Below, piece by piece: positions 49,301 through 64,000 of a stretch of DNA of 64,000 nucleotides (its first letter is position 1; every line of letters begins with the position of its first letter). Source of the DNA: Eledone cirrhosa (Eukaryota); NCBI GenBank assembly GCA_964016885.1, contig OZ024745.1, positions 100,192,001 through 100,256,000 on the forward strand, written 5' to 3'. Under the pieces are notes generated by a model. The model worked only from the letters and a program-made list of their open reading frames with translations. It was not told the origin of the DNA and did not search any database. The translations under genes were made by a program, and so were the position numbers.

Positions 49301-50938
49301 GGATATATTGTAGAGTTTACTGTGGCAGTGTAGGACATGATAGGTACATAGGATATATTGTAGAGTTTACTGTGGCAGTGTAGGACATGATAGGTACATA
49401 GGATATATTGTAGAGTTTACTGTGGCAGCGTAGGACATGGTAGGAACATAGGATATATTGTAGAGTTTACTGTGGCAGTGTAGGACATGATAGGAATATA
49501 GGATATATTGTAGAGTTTACTGTGGCAGTGTAGGACATGATAGGAACATAGGATATATTGTAGAGTTTACTGTGGCAGTGTAGGACATGATAGGAACATA
49601 GGATATATTGTAGAGTTTACTGTGGCAGTGTAGGACATGATAGGTACATAGGATATATTGTAGAGTTTACTGTGGCAGTGTAGGACATGATAGGTACATA
49701 GGATATATTGTAGAGTTTACTGTGGCAGCGTAGGACATGGTAGGAACATAGGATATATTGTAGAGTTTACTGTGGCAGTGTAGGACATGATAGGAACATA
49801 GGATATATTGTAGAGTTTACTGTGGCAGTGTAGGACATGGTAGGAATATAGGATATATTGTAGAGTTTACTGTGGCAGTGTAGGACATGATAGGTACATA
49901 GGATATATTGTAGAGTTTACTGTGGCAGTGTAGGACATGATAGGTACATAGGATATATTTTAGAGTTTACTGTGGCAGTGTAGGACATGGTAGGAACATA
50001 GGATATATTGTAGAGTTTACTGTGGCAGTGTAGGACATGATAGGTACATAGGATATATTGTAGAGTTTATTGTGGCAGTGTAGGATATGATAGGATCATA
50101 GGATATATTGTAGAGTTTACTGTGGCAGTGTAGGACGTGATAGTAACATAGGATATATTGTAGAGTTTACTGTGGCAGTGTAGGACATGATAGGTACATA
50201 GGATATATTGTAGAGTTTATTGTGGCAGTGTAGGATATGATAGGATCATAGGATATATTGTAGAGTTTACTGTGGCAGTGTAGGACGTGATAGTAACATA
50301 GGATATATTGTAGAGTTTACTGTGGCAGTGTAGGACATGATAGGTACATAGGATATATTGTAGAGTTTACTGTGGCAGTGTAGGACATGGTAGGAACATA
50401 GGATATATTGTAGAGTTTACTGTGGCAGTGTAGGACATGATAGGTACATAGGATATATTGTAGAGTTTACTGTGGCAGTGTAGGACATAGTAGGAACATA
50501 GGATATATTGTAGAGTTTACTGTGGCAGTGTAGGACATGATAGGTACATAGGATATATTGTAGAGTTTACTGTGGCAGGGTAGGACATGATAGGTACATA
50601 GGATATATTGTAGAGTTTACTGTGGCAGTGTAGGACATGATAGGTACATAGGATATATTGTAGAGTTTACTGTGGCAGTGTAGGACATGATAGGTACATA
50701 GGATATATTGTAGAGTTTACTGTGGCAGTGTAGGACATGATAGGTACATAGGATATATTGTAGAGTTTACTGTGGCAGTGTAGGACATGATAGGTACATA
50801 GGATATATTGTAGAGTTTACTGTGGCAGTGTAGGACATGATAGGTACATAGGATATATTGTAGAGTTTACTGTGGCAGTGTAGGACATGATAGGTACATA
50901 GGATATATTGTAGCGTTTACTGTGGCAGTGTAGGACAT

Positions 50939-51716
50939 AATAACTTTCTTTTTATTTGGCACCATGGCATCAAAGAATGGGACAAGTACAATGGGGGGAG
51001 TTTACATAAAAAGACGTCCTCAATAAGGAGGAGGCAATAACAAAATATAAAAATAACAAAATATATAATATAACAAAAATAAATTGAATAACAAAATCCT
51101 CAATAGGGAGGAGGCGCGTTGGGGGCTGGGGTGGTCGCATACACCCCCGAAAAAACTGTGCAACCCTTCTCCTCAAGAGCACAGGGAGAGGGTGCTCCCT
51201 TGATATTTCATCTTCCTCACCTACAGTCTGATGTAGAGTGAAGGCTCATTCACATGGGCCATTCTCTCCACTTTCACCCATCTTTCATAAAAATGGCTGG
51301 GGTGCAGTACCTCTCTCTCCATCCTGATCCTTCTTCTGAAATGATATTGGAAGAAACGGACCAGTTGTTGGCCAGAGAGAAAGGTGTCTGACCTCATTCC
51401 TTTCAGACGCGTCCACCATACAACCTCTTTCGCCCTGGCTATTACGCACTGAAACATCGCCTCTCCTTCGTTTTTGAAGAGGGTAGGCGGCATGATCGTT
51501 ACAATAGACTCGGTGTTCAACCGGTTCGGTCCCACCCGTGAGAGTAGTCATTCGACATAACCCCACAGATCGGCAATGCCCGAGCAGTGTACCAATGCGT
51601 GTGCAATGGTTTCCTCGTTGCACACGCATCTGGGAGAGATCTTTTTCGAGGGGTCCCTACCCGGGTGCCCGTGTCTGTAAAGACTTTCTCGAACGGGCAG
51701 AGCCCCTCGGTAGCAC
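50939..51716 (-). mobile_element. 5'-truncated L1/Tx1-clade retrotransposon (778 bp), copy 1
   Basis: Minus strand encodes CYRGALPVRESLYRHG...SPRCVCNEETIAHALVHCSGIADLW (zf-RVT-like), then an in-frame stop, the ORF end and a 3'UTR with AATAAA. AGGACAT is duplicated on both sides. Confidence 0.85.
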
Positions 51717-54700
51717 AGGACATGATAGGTACATAGGATATATTGTAGAGTTTACTGTGGCAGTGTAGGACATGATAGGTACATTGGATATATTGTAGAA
51801 TTTACTGTGGCAGTGTATGACATGATAGCAACATAGGATATATTGTAGAGTTTACTGTGGCAGTGTAGGACATGATAGGAACACAGGATATATTGTAGAG
51901 TTTACTGTGGCAGTGTAGGAGATGATAGGCACATAGGATATATTGTAGAGTTTACTGTGGCAGTGTAGGACATGATCGGAACATAGGATATATTGTAGAG
52001 TTTACTGTTGCAGTGTAGGACATGATAGGAACATAGGATATATTGTAGAGTTTACTGTGGCAGTGTAGGAGATGATAGGAACATAGGATATATTGTAGAG
52101 TTTACTGTGGGAGTGTAAGAGATGATAGGAACATAGGATATATTGTAGAGTTTACTGTGGCAGTGTAGGACATGATAGAAACATAGTATATACTGTAGAG
52201 TATACTGTGCAGTGTAGGACATGATAGGAACATAGGATATATGTTAGAGTTTACTGTGCCAGTGTAGGACATGGTAGGAACATAGGATATATTGTAGAGT
52301 ATACTGTGGCAGTGTAGGACACTGGTAGGAACATAGGATATATTGTAGAGTTTACTGTGGAAGTGTAGGACATGATAGGAACAAAGGATATATTGTAGAG
52401 TTTACTGTGACAGTGTAGGACATGGTAGGAACATAGGATATATTGTAGAGTTTACTGTGCCAGTGTAGGACATGATAGGAACATAGGATATATTGTAGAG
52501 TTTACTGTGCCAGTGTAGGACATAATAGGAACATAGTATATATTGTAGAGTTTACTGTGGCAGTGTAGGACATGATAGGAACATAGAATATATTGTAGAG
52601 TTTACTGTGGCAGTGTAGGACATGATAGGATATATCGTAGAGTTTACTGTGGCAGTGTAGGACACGATAGGACATGATAGGAACATAAGATAAATTGTAG
52701 AGTTTACTGTGCCAGTGTAGGACATGGTAGGAACATAGGATATATTGTAGAGTATACTGTGGCAGTGTAGGACACTGGTAGGAACATAGGATATATTGTA
52801 GAGTTTACTGTGGAAGTGTAGGACATGATAGGAACACAGGATATATTGTAGAGTTTACTGTGGCAGTGTAGGACAAGATAGGAACATAGGATATATTGTA
52901 GAGTTTACTGTGGAAGTGTAGGACATGATAGGAACACAGGATATATTGTAGTGTTTACTGTGGCAGTGTAGGACATGATAGGAACATAGGATATATTGTA
53001 GAATTTACTGTGGCAGTGCATGACATGATAGCAACATAGGATATATTGTAGAGTTTACTGTGGCAGTGTAAGACATGGTAGGAACATAGGATATATTGTA
53101 GAGTTTACTGTGGCAGTGTAGGACATGATAGGAACATAAGATATATTGTAGAGTTTACTGTGGCAGTGTAGGACATGATAGGAACATAAGATATATTGTA
53201 GAGTTTACTGTGGAAGTGTAGGAAATGAGTTTACTGTGGCAGTGTAGGACATGATAGGAACATAGGATATATTGTAGAGTTTACTGTGGCAGTGTAGGAC
53301 ATGATAGGAACATAGGATATATTGTAGAGTTTACTGTGGCAGTGTAGGACAGGATAGGAAGATAGGATATATTGTAGAGTTTACTGTGACAGTGTAGGAC
53401 ATGATAGGAACATAAGATATATTGTAGAGTTTACTGTGGCAGTGTAGGAGATGATAGGAACATAGGATATACTATAGAGTTTACTGTGGCAGTGTAGGAC
53501 ATGATAGGTACATATGATGCATTGTAGAGTTTACTGCGGCAGTGTAGGACATGATAGGAACATAATATATATTGTAGAGTTTACTGTGGCAGTGTACGAC
53601 ATGATAGGGACATAGGATATGTTGTAGAGTTTACTGTGGCAGTGTAGGAAATGATAGGAACATAGGATATATTGTAGAGTTTACTGTGGCAGAGTAGGAC
53701 ATTATAGGAATACACAGGATATATTGTAGAGTTTACTGTGGCAGAGTAGGACATGATAGGAACATAGGATATATTGTACAGTTTACTCTGGCAGTGTAGG
53801 ACATGATAGGAACATAGGATATATTGTAGAGTTTTCTGTGGCAGTGTAGGACATGATAGGAACATAGGATATATTGTAGTGTTTACTGTGGCAGTGTAGG
53901 ACAGGATAGGAAGATAGGATATATTGTAGAGTTTACTGTGACAGTGTAGGACATGATAGGAACATAAGATATATTGTAGAGTTTACTGTGGCAGTGTAGG
54001 AGATGATAGGAACATAGGATATACTATAGAGTTTACTGTGGCAGTGTAGGACATGATAGGTACATATGATGCATTGTAGAGTTTACTGCGGCAGTGTAGG
54101 ACATGATAGGAACATAATATATATTGTAGAGTTTACTGTGGCAGTGTACGACATGATAGGGACATAGGATATGTTGTAGAGTTTACTGTGGCAGTGTAGG
54201 ACATGATAGGAACATAGGATATATTGTAGAGTTTACTGTGGCAGAGTAGGACATTATAGGAATACACAGGATATATTGTAGAGTTTACTGTGGCAGAGTA
54301 GGACATGATAGGAACATAGGATATATTGTACAGTTTACTCTGGCAGTGTAGGACATGATAGGAACATAAGATATATTGTAGAGTTTACTGTGGCAGAGTA
54401 GGACAAGATAGGTACATAAGATTTATTGTAGAGTTTACTGTGGTAGTGTAGGACATGTTAGGAACATAGAATATATTGTAGAGTATACTGTGGCCGTTTA
54501 AGACATGATAGGAACAAAGGATATATTGTAGAGTTTACTGTGGCAGTGTAGGACATGATAGGAACATAGGATATATTGTAGAGTTTACTGTGGCAGTGTA
54601 GGACAGGATAGGAAGATAGGATATATTGTAGAGTTTACTGTGACAGTGTAGGACATGATAGGAACATAGGATATATTGTAGAGTTTACTGTGGCAGTGTA

Positions 54701-54906
54701 GGACATGGTAGGAACATAGGATATATTGTAGAGTTTACTGTGGCAGTGTATGACATGATAGCAACATAGGATATATTGTAGAGTTTACTGTGGCAGTGTA
54801 GGACATGATAGGAACATAAGATATATTGTAGAGTTTATTGTGGCAGTGTAGGACATGGTAGGAACATAGGATATATTGTAGAGTTTACTGTGGCAGTGTA
54901 GGACAT

Positions 54907-55684
54907 AATAACTTTCTTTTTATTTGGCACCATGGCATCAAAGAATGGGACAAGTACAATGGGGGGAGTTTACATAAAAAGACGTCCTCAATAAGGAGGA
55001 GGCAATAACAAAATATAAAAATAACAAAATATATAATATAACAAAAATAAATTGAATAACAAAATCCTCAATAGGGAGGAGGCGCGTTGGGGGCTGGGGT
55101 GGTCGCATACACCCCCGAAAAAACTGTGCAACCCTTCTCCTCAAGAGCACAGGGAGAGGGTGCTCCCTTGATATTTCATCTTCCTCACCTACAGTCTGAT
55201 GTAGAGTGAAGGCTCATTCACATGGGCCATTCTCTCCACTTTCACCCATCTTTCATAAAAATGGCTGGGGTGCAGTACCGCTCTCTCCATCCTGATCCTT
55301 CTTCTGAAATGATATTGGAAGAAACGGACCAGTTGTTGGCCAGAGAGAAAGGTGTCTGACCTCATTCCTTTCAGACGCGTCCACCATACAACCTCTTTCG
55401 CCCTGGCTATTACGCACTGAAACATCGCCTCTCCTTCGTTTTTGAAGAGGGTAGGCGGCATGATCGTTACAATAAACTCGGTGGTCAACCGGTTCGGTCC
55501 CACCCGTGAGAGTAGTCATTCGACATAGCCCCACAGATCGGCAATGCCCGAGCAGTGTACCAATGCGTGTGCAATGGTTTCCTCGTTGCACACGCATCTG
55601 GGAGAGATCTTTTTCGAGGGGTCCCTACCCGGGTGCCCGTGTCTGTAGAGACTTTCTCGAACGGACAGAGCCCCTCGGTAGCAC
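54907..55684 (-). mobile_element. L1/Tx1 fragment, copy 2
   Basis: Same junctions and length as copy 1, with few SNPs. Confidence 0.85.
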
Positions 55685-57035
55685 AGGACATGATAGGTAC
55701 ATAGGATATATTGTAGAGTTTACTGTGGCAGTGTAGGACATGATAGGTACATTGGATATATTGTAGAATTTACTGTGGCAGTGTATGACATGATAGCAAC
55801 ATAGGATATATTGTAGAGTTTACTGTGGCAGTGTAGGACATGATAGGAACACAGGATATATTGTAGAGTTTACTGTGGCAGTGTAGGAGATGATAGGAAC
55901 ATAGGATATATTGTAGAGTTTACTGTTGCAGTGTAGGACATGATAGGAACATAGGATATATTGTAGAGTTTACTGTGGCAGTGTAGGACATGATAGAAAC
56001 ATAGGATATATTGTAGAGTTTACTGTGGCAGGTATGACATGATAGCAACATAGGATATATTGTAGAGTTTACTGTGGCAGTGTAGGAGATGATAGGAACA
56101 TAAGATATATTGTAGAGTTAACTGTGGCAGTGTATGACATGATAGCAACATAGGATATATTGTAGACTTTACTGTGGCAGTGTAGGAGATGATAGGAACA
56201 TAGGATATATTGTAGAGTTTACTGTGGGAGTGTAAGAGATGATAGGAACATAGGGTATATTGTAGAGTTTACTGTGGCAGTGTAGGACATGATAGAAACA
56301 TAGTATATACTGTAGAGTATACTGTGCAGTGTAGGACATGATAGGAACATAGGATATATGCTAGAGTTTACTGTGCCAGTGTAGGACATGGTAGGAACAT
56401 AGGATATATTGTAGAGTATACTGTGGCAGTGTAGGACACTGGTAGGAACATAGGATATATTGTAGAGTTTACTGTGGAAGTGTAGGACATGATAGGAACA
56501 CAGGATATATTGTAGAGTTTACTGTGGCAGTGTAGGACATGGTAGGAACATAGGATATATTGTAGAGTTTACTGTGCCAGTGTAGGACATGATAGGAACA
56601 TAGGATATATTGTAGAGTTTACTGTGCCAGTGTAGGACATAATAGGAACATAGTATATATTGTAGAGTTTACTGTGGCAGTGTAGGACATGATAGGAACA
56701 TAGAATATATTGTAGAGTTTACTGTGGCAGTGTAGGACATGATAGGATATATCGTAGAGTTTACCGTGGCAGTGTAGGACATGATAGGATATATCGTAGA
56801 GTTTACTGTGGCAGTGTAGGACACGATAGGACATGATAGGAACATAAGATAAATTGTAGAGTTTACTGTGCCAGTGTAGGACATGGTAGCAACATAGGAT
56901 ATATTGTAGAGTATACTGTGGCAGTGTAGGACACTGGTAGGAACATAGGATATATTGTAGAGTTTACTGTGGAAGTGTAGGACATGGTAGGAACATAGGA
57001 TATATTGTAGAGTTTACTGTGGCAGTGTAGGACAT

Positions 57036-57813
57036 AATAACTTTCTTTTTATTTGGCACCATGGCATCAAAGAATGGGACAAGTACAATGGGGGGAGTTT
57101 ACATAAAAAGACGTCCTCAATAAGGAGGAGGCAATAACAAAATATAAAAATAACAAAATATATAATATAACAAAAATAAATTGAATAACAAAATCCTCAA
57201 TAGGGAGGAGGCGCGTTGGGGGCTGGGGTGGTCGCATACACCCCCGAAAAAAGTGTGCAACCCTTCTCCTCAAGAGCACAGGGAGAGGGTGCTCCCTTGA
57301 TATTTCATCTTCCTCACCTACAGTCTGATGTAGAGTGAAGGCTCATTCACATGGGCCATTCTCTCCACTTTCACCCATCTTTCATAAAAATGGCTGGGGT
57401 GCAGTACCTCTCTCTCCATCCTGATCCTTCTTCTGAAATGATATTGGAAGAAACGGACCAGTTGTTGGCCAGAGAGAAAGGTGTCTGACCTCATTCCTTT
57501 CAGACGCGTCCACCATACAACCTCTTTCGCCCTGGCTATTACGCACTGAAACATCGCCTCTCCTTCGTTTTTGAAGAGGGTAGGCGGCATGATCGTTACA
57601 ATAGACTCGGTGGTCAACCGGTTCGGTCCCACCCGTGAGAGTAGTCATTCGACATAGCCCCACAGATCGGCAATGCCCGAGCAGTGTACCAATGCGTGTG
57701 CAATGGTTTCCTCGTTGCACACGCATCTGGGAGAGATCTTTTTCGAGGGGTCCCTACCCGGGTGCCCGTGTCTGTAGAGACTTTCTCGAACGGGCAGAGC
57801 CCCTCGGTAGCAC
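57036..57813 (-). mobile_element. L1/Tx1 fragment, copy 3
   Basis: Same junctions and length as copy 1. Confidence 0.85.
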
Positions 57814-60800
57814 AGGACATGATAGGTACATAGGATATATTGTAGAGTTTACTGTGGCAGTGTAGGACATGATAGGTACATTGGATATATTGTAGAATTT
57901 ACTGTGGCAGTGTATGACATGATAGCAACATAGGATATATTGTAGAGTTTACTGTGGCAGTGTAGGACATGATAGGAACACAGGATATATTGTAGAGTTT
58001 ACTGTGGCAGTGTAGGAGATGATAGGAACATAGGATATATTGTAGAGTTTACTGTGGCAGTGTAGGACATGATAGGAACATGGGATATATTGTAGGGTTT
58101 ACTGTGGCAGTGTAGGACATGATAGGAACATAGGATATATTGTAGAGTTTACTGTTGCAGTGTAGGACATGATAGGAACATAGGATATATTGTAGAGTTT
58201 ACTGTGGCAGTGTAGGAGATGATAGGAACATAGGATATATTGTAGAGTTTACTGTGGGAGTGTAAGAGATGATAGGAACATAGGATATATTGTAGAGTTT
58301 ACTGTGGCAGTGTAGGACATAATAGAAACATAGTATATACTGTAGAGTATACTGTGCAGTGTAGGACATGATAGGAACATAGGATATATGTTAGAGTATA
58401 CTGTGCCAGTGTAGGACATGGTAGGAACATAGGATATATTGTAGAGTATACTGTGGCAGTGTAGGACACTGGTAGGAACATAGGATATATTGTAGAGTTT
58501 ACTGTGGAAGTGTAGGACATGATAGGAACACAGGATATATTGTAGAGTTTACTGTGGCAGTGTAGGACAAGATAGGAACATAGGATATATTGTAGAGTTT
58601 ACTGTGGAAGTGTAGGACATGATAGGAACACAGGATATATTGTAGTGTTTACTGTGGCAGTGTAGGACATGATAGGAACATAGGATATATTGTAGAATTT
58701 ACTGTGGCAGTGTATGACATGATAGCAACATAGGATATATTGTAGAGTTTACTGTGGCAGTGTAAGACATGGTAGGAACATAGGATATATTGTAGAGTTT
58801 ACTGTGGCAGTGTAGGACATGATAGGAACATAAGATATATTGTAGAGTTTACTGTGGCAGTGTAGGACATGATAGGAACATAAGATATATTGTAGAGTTT
58901 ACTGTGGAAGTGTAGGAAATGAGTTTACTGTGGCAGTGTAGGACATGATAGGAACATAGGATATATTGTAGAGTTTACTGTGGCAGTGTAGGACATGATA
59001 GGAACATAGGATATATTGTAGAGTTTACTGTGGCAGTGTAGGACAGGATAGGAAGATAGGATATATTGTAGAGTTTACTGTGACAGTGTAGGACATGATA
59101 GGAACATAAGATATATTGTAGAGTTTACTGTGGCAGTGTAGGAGATGATAGGAACATAGGATATACTATAGAGTTTACTGTGGCAGTGTAGGACATGATA
59201 GGTACATATGATGCATTGTAGAGTTTACTGCGGCAGTGTAGGACATGATAGGAACATAATATATATTGTAGAGTTTACTGTGGCAGTGTACGACATGATA
59301 GGGACATAGGATATGTTGTAGAGTTTACTGTGGCAGTGTAGGACATGATAGGAACATAGGATATATTGTAGAGTTTACTGTGGCAGAGTAGGACATTATA
59401 GGAATACACAGGATATATTGTAGAGTTTACTGTGGCAGAGTAGGACATGATAGGAACATAGGATATATTGTACAGTTTACTGTGGCAGTGTAGGACACGA
59501 TAGGAACATAAGATATATTTTAGAGTTTACTGTGGCAGAGTAGGACAAGATAGGTACATAAGATATATTGTAGAGTTTACTGTGGTAGTGTAGGACATGT
59601 TAGGAACATAGAATATATTGTAGAGTATACTGTGGCCGTTTAAGACATGATAGGAACATAGGATATATTGTAGAGTTTACTGTGGCAGTGTAGGACATGA
59701 TAGGAACATAGGATATATTGTAGAGTTTACTGTGGCAGTGTAGGACATGGTAGGAACATAGAATATATTGTAGAGTTTACTGTGCCAGTGTAGGACATGA
59801 TAGGAACATAGGATATATTGTAGAGTTTACTGTGCCAGTGTAGGACATAATAGGAACATAGTATATATTGTAGAGTTTACTGTGGCAGTGTAGGACATGA
59901 TAGGAACATAGGATATATTGTAGAGTTTACTGTGCCAGTGTAGGACATGATAGGAACATAGTATATATTGTAGAGTTTACTGTGGCAGTGTAGGACATGA
60001 TAGGAACATAGTATATATTGTAGAGTTTACTGTGGCAGTGTAGGACATGATAGGAACATAGAATATATTGTAGAGTTTACTGTGGCAGTGTAGGACATGA
60101 TAGGATATATCGTAGAGTTTACCGTGGCAGTGTAGGACATGATAGGATATATCGTAGAGTTTACTGTGGCAGTGTAGGACACGATAGGACATGATAGGAA
60201 CACAGGATATATTGTAGAGTTTACTGTGGCAGTGTAGGACAAGATAGGAACATAGGATATATTGTAGAGTTTACTGTGGAAGTGTAGGACATGATAGGAA
60301 CACAGGATATATTGTAGTGTTTACTGTGGCAGTGTAGGACATGATAGGAACATAGGATATATTGTAGAATTTACTGTGGCAGTGTATGACATGATAGCAA
60401 CATAGGATATATTGTAGAGTTTACTGTGGCAGTGTAAGACATGGTAGGAACATAGGATATATTGTAGAGTTTACTGTGGCAGTGTAGGACATGATAGGAA
60501 CATAAGATATATTGTAGAGTTTACTGTGGCAGTGTAGGACATGATAGGAACATAAGATATATTGTAGAGTTTACTGTGGAAGTGTAGGAAATGAGTTTAC
60601 TGTGGCAGTGTAGGACATGATAGGAACATAGGATATATTGTAGAGTTTACTGTGGCAGTGTAGGACATGATAGGAACATAGGATATATTGTAGAGTTTAC
60701 TGTGGCAGTGTAGGACAGGATAGGAAGATAGGATATATTGTAGAGTTTACTGTGACAGTGTAGGACATGATAGGAACATAAGATATATTGTAGAGTTTAC

Positions 60801-63800
60801 TGTGGCAGTGTAGGAGATGATAGGAACATAGGATATACTATAGAGTTTACTGTGGCAGTGTAGGACATGATAGGTACATATGATGCATTGTAGAGTTTAC
60901 TGCGGCAGTGTAGGACATGATAGGAACATAATATATATTGTAGAGTTTACTGTGGCAGTGTACGACATGATAGGGACATAGGATATGTTGTAGAGTTTAC
61001 TGTGGCAGTGTAGGACATGATAGGAACATAGGATATATTGTAGAGTTTACTGTGGCAGAGTAGGACATTATAGGAATACACAGGATATATTGTAGAGTTT
61101 ACTGTGGCAGAGTAGGACATGATAGGAACATAGGATATATTGTACAGTTTACTGTGGCAGTGTAGGACATGATAGGAACATAAGATATATTTTAGAGTTT
61201 ACTGTGGCAGAGTAGGACAAGATAGGTACATAAGATATATTGTAGAGTTTACTGTGGTAGTGTAGGACATGTTAGGAACATAGAATATATTGTAGAGTAT
61301 ACTGTGGCCGTTTAAGACATGATAGGAACATAGGATATATTGTAGAGTTTACTGTGGCAGTGTAGGACATGATAGGAACATAGGATATATTGTAGAGTTT
61401 ACTGTGGCAGTGTAGGACATGGTAGGAACATAGAATATATTGTAGAGTTTACTGTGCCAGTGTAGGACATGATAGGAACATAGGATATATTGTAGAGTTT
61501 ACTGTGCCAGTGTAGGACATAATAGGAACATAGTATATATTGTAGAGTTTACTGTGGCAGTGTAGGACATGATAGGAACATAGGATATATTGTAGAGTTT
61601 ACTGTGCCAGTGTAGGACATGATAGGAACATAGGATATATTGTAGAGTTTACTGTGCCAGTGTAGGACATAATAGGAACATAGTATATATTGTAGAGTTT
61701 ACTGTGGCAGTGTAGGACATGATAGGAACATAGTATATATTGTAGAGTTTACTGTGGCAGTGTAGGACATGATAGGAACATAGAATATATTGTAGAGTTT
61801 ACTGTGGCAGTGTAGGACATGATAGGATATATCGTAGTGTTTACCGTGGCAGTGTAGGACATGATAGGATATATCGTAGAGTTTACTGTGGCAGTGTAGG
61901 ACACGATAGGACATGATAGGAACATAAGATAAATTGTAGAGTTTACTGTGCCAGTGTAGGACATGGTAGGAACATAGGATATATTGTAGAGTATACTGTG
62001 GCAGTGTAGGACACTGGTAGGAACATAGGATATATTGTAGAGTTTACTGTGGCAGTGTAGGACATGATAGGAACACAGGATATATTGTAGAGTTTACTGT
62101 GGCAGTGTAGGACAAGATAGGAGCATAGGATATATTGTAGAGTTTACTGTGGAAGTGTAGGACATGATAGGAACATAGGATATATTGTAGAATTTACTGT
62201 GGCAGTGTATGACATGATAGCAACATAGGATATATTGTAGAGTTTACTGTGGCAGTGTAAGACATGGTAGGAACATAGGATATATTGTAGAGTTTACTGT
62301 GGCAGTGTAGGACATGATAGGAACATAAGATATATTGTAGAGTTTACTGTGGCAGTGTAGGACATGATAGGAACATAAGATATATTGTAGAGTTTACTGT
62401 GGAAGTGTAGGAAATGAGTTTACTGTGGCAGTGTAGGACATGATAGGAACATAGGATATATTGTAGAGTTTACTGTGGCAGTGTAGGACATGATAGGAAC
62501 ATAGGATATATTGTAGAGTTTACTGTGGCAGTGTAGGACAGGATAGGAAGATAGGATATATTGTAGAGTTTACTGTGGCAGTGTAGGACATGATAGAAAC
62601 ATAGTATATACTGTAGAGTATACTGTGCAGTGTAGGACATGATAGGAACATAGGATATATGTTAGAGTTTACTGTGCCAGTGTAGGACATGGTAGGAACA
62701 TAGGATATATTGTAGAGTATACTGTGGCAGTGTAGGACATGATAGGAACACAGGATATATTGTAGAGTTTACTGTGGCAGTGTAGGACATGGTAGGAACA
62801 TAGGATATATTGTAGAGTTTACTATGCCAGTGTAGGACATGATAGGAACATAGGATATATTGTAGAGTTTACTGTGCCAGTGTAGGACATAATAGGAACA
62901 TAGTATATATTGTAGAGTTAACTGTGGCAGTGTAGGACATGATAGGATATATCGTAGAGTTTACCGTGGCAGTGTAGGACATGATAGGATATATCGTAGA
63001 GTTTACTGTGGCAGTGTAGGACACGATAGGACATGATAGGAACATAAGATAAATTGTAGAGTTTACTGTGCCAGTGTAGGACATGGTAGGAACATAGGAT
63101 ATATTGTAGAGTATACTGTGGCAGTGTAGGACACTGGTAGGAACATAGGATATATTGTAGAGTTTACTGTGGAAGTGTAGGACATGATAGGAACACAGGA
63201 TATATTGTAGAGTTTACTGTGGCAGTGTAGGACAAGATAGGAACATAGGATATATTGTAGAGTTTACTGTGGAAGTGTATGACATGATAGCAACATAGGA
63301 TATATTATAGAGTTTACTGTGGCAGTGTAAGACATGGTAGGAACATAGGATATATTGTAGAGTTTACTGTGGCAGTGTAGGACAGGATAGGAAGATAGGA
63401 TATATTGTAGAGTTTACTGTGACAGTGTAGGACATGATAGGAACATAGGATATATTGTAGAGTTTACTGTGGCAGTGTAGGACATGGTAGGAACATAGGA
63501 TATATTGTAGAGTTTACTGTGGCAGTGTATGACATGATAGCAACATAGGATATATTGTAGAGTTTACTGTGGCAGTGTAGGACATGATAGGAACATAGGA
63601 TATATTGTAGAGTTTACTGTGGCAGTGTAGGACAGGATAGGAAGATAGGATATATTGTAGAGTTTACTGTGACAGTGTAGGACATGATAGGAACATAGGA
63701 TATATTGTAGAGTTTACTGTGGCAGTGTAGGACATGGTAGGAACATAGGATATATTGTAGAGTTTACTGTGGCAGTGTATGACATGATAGCAACATAGGA

Positions 63801-63935
63801 TATATTGTAGAGTTTACTGTGGCAGTGTAGGACATGATAGGAACATAAGATATATTGTAGAGTTTATTGTGGCAGTGTAGGACATGGTAGGAACATAGGA
63901 TATATTGTAGAGTTTACTGTGGCAGTGTAGGACAT

Positions 63936-64000
63936 AATAACTTTCTTTTTATTTGGCACCATGGCATCAAAGAATGGGACAAGTACAATGGGGGGAGTTT
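63936..64000 (-). mobile_element. L1/Tx1 fragment, copy 4 (cut by window end)
   Basis: Same left junction GGACAT|AATAACTTTC. Confidence 0.85.

Larger units (their letters stand above)
37918..64000. repeat. 50-bp satellite array (>26 kb) with higher-order repeats
   Basis: Monomer GTTTACTGTGGCAGTGTAGGACATGATAGGAACATAGGATATATTGTAGA; runs off the window end. Confidence 0.99.

Noticed and set aside
37918-64000. CRISPR-like array or repetitive protein ORFs (MSYTATVNSTIYP...)
   Set aside because: Monomers are contiguous with no unique spacers, there are no cas genes, and the 50-bp period breaks frame with frequent stops.

Overview
AT-rich eukaryotic, repeat-dominated window with no confidently identifiable host gene. 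The SINE/RTE repertoire and (GAT)n/(AT)n tails suggest a cephalopod, probably Octopus (inference, not verified). Bases 1-32.5 kb are a mosaic of tRNA-derived SINEs, RTE/L1-Tx1/CR1-type LINE fragments, TTAA-flanked piggyBac-type MITEs, a Helitron-like composite and microsatellites. Bases 32.6-37.7 kb hold a near-complete RTE retrotransposon (APE-RT-PHD-like finger) interrupted by a 5'-truncated, near-identical copy of itself. Bases 37.9-64 kb are a 50-bp satellite with higher-order repeats, in which one antisense L1/Tx1 3' fragment was co-amplified to four copies. The most notable unannotated signal is a cluster of small foldback elements sitting in (AT)n tracts (14.5-15.7 kb, 21.8-22.2 kb). 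Their arms carry outward-facing type I hammerhead ribozyme motifs, including a U3-A8 core variant, consistent with non-autonomous Penelope-like or retrozyme-like elements. All pairings and alignments were done by eye.
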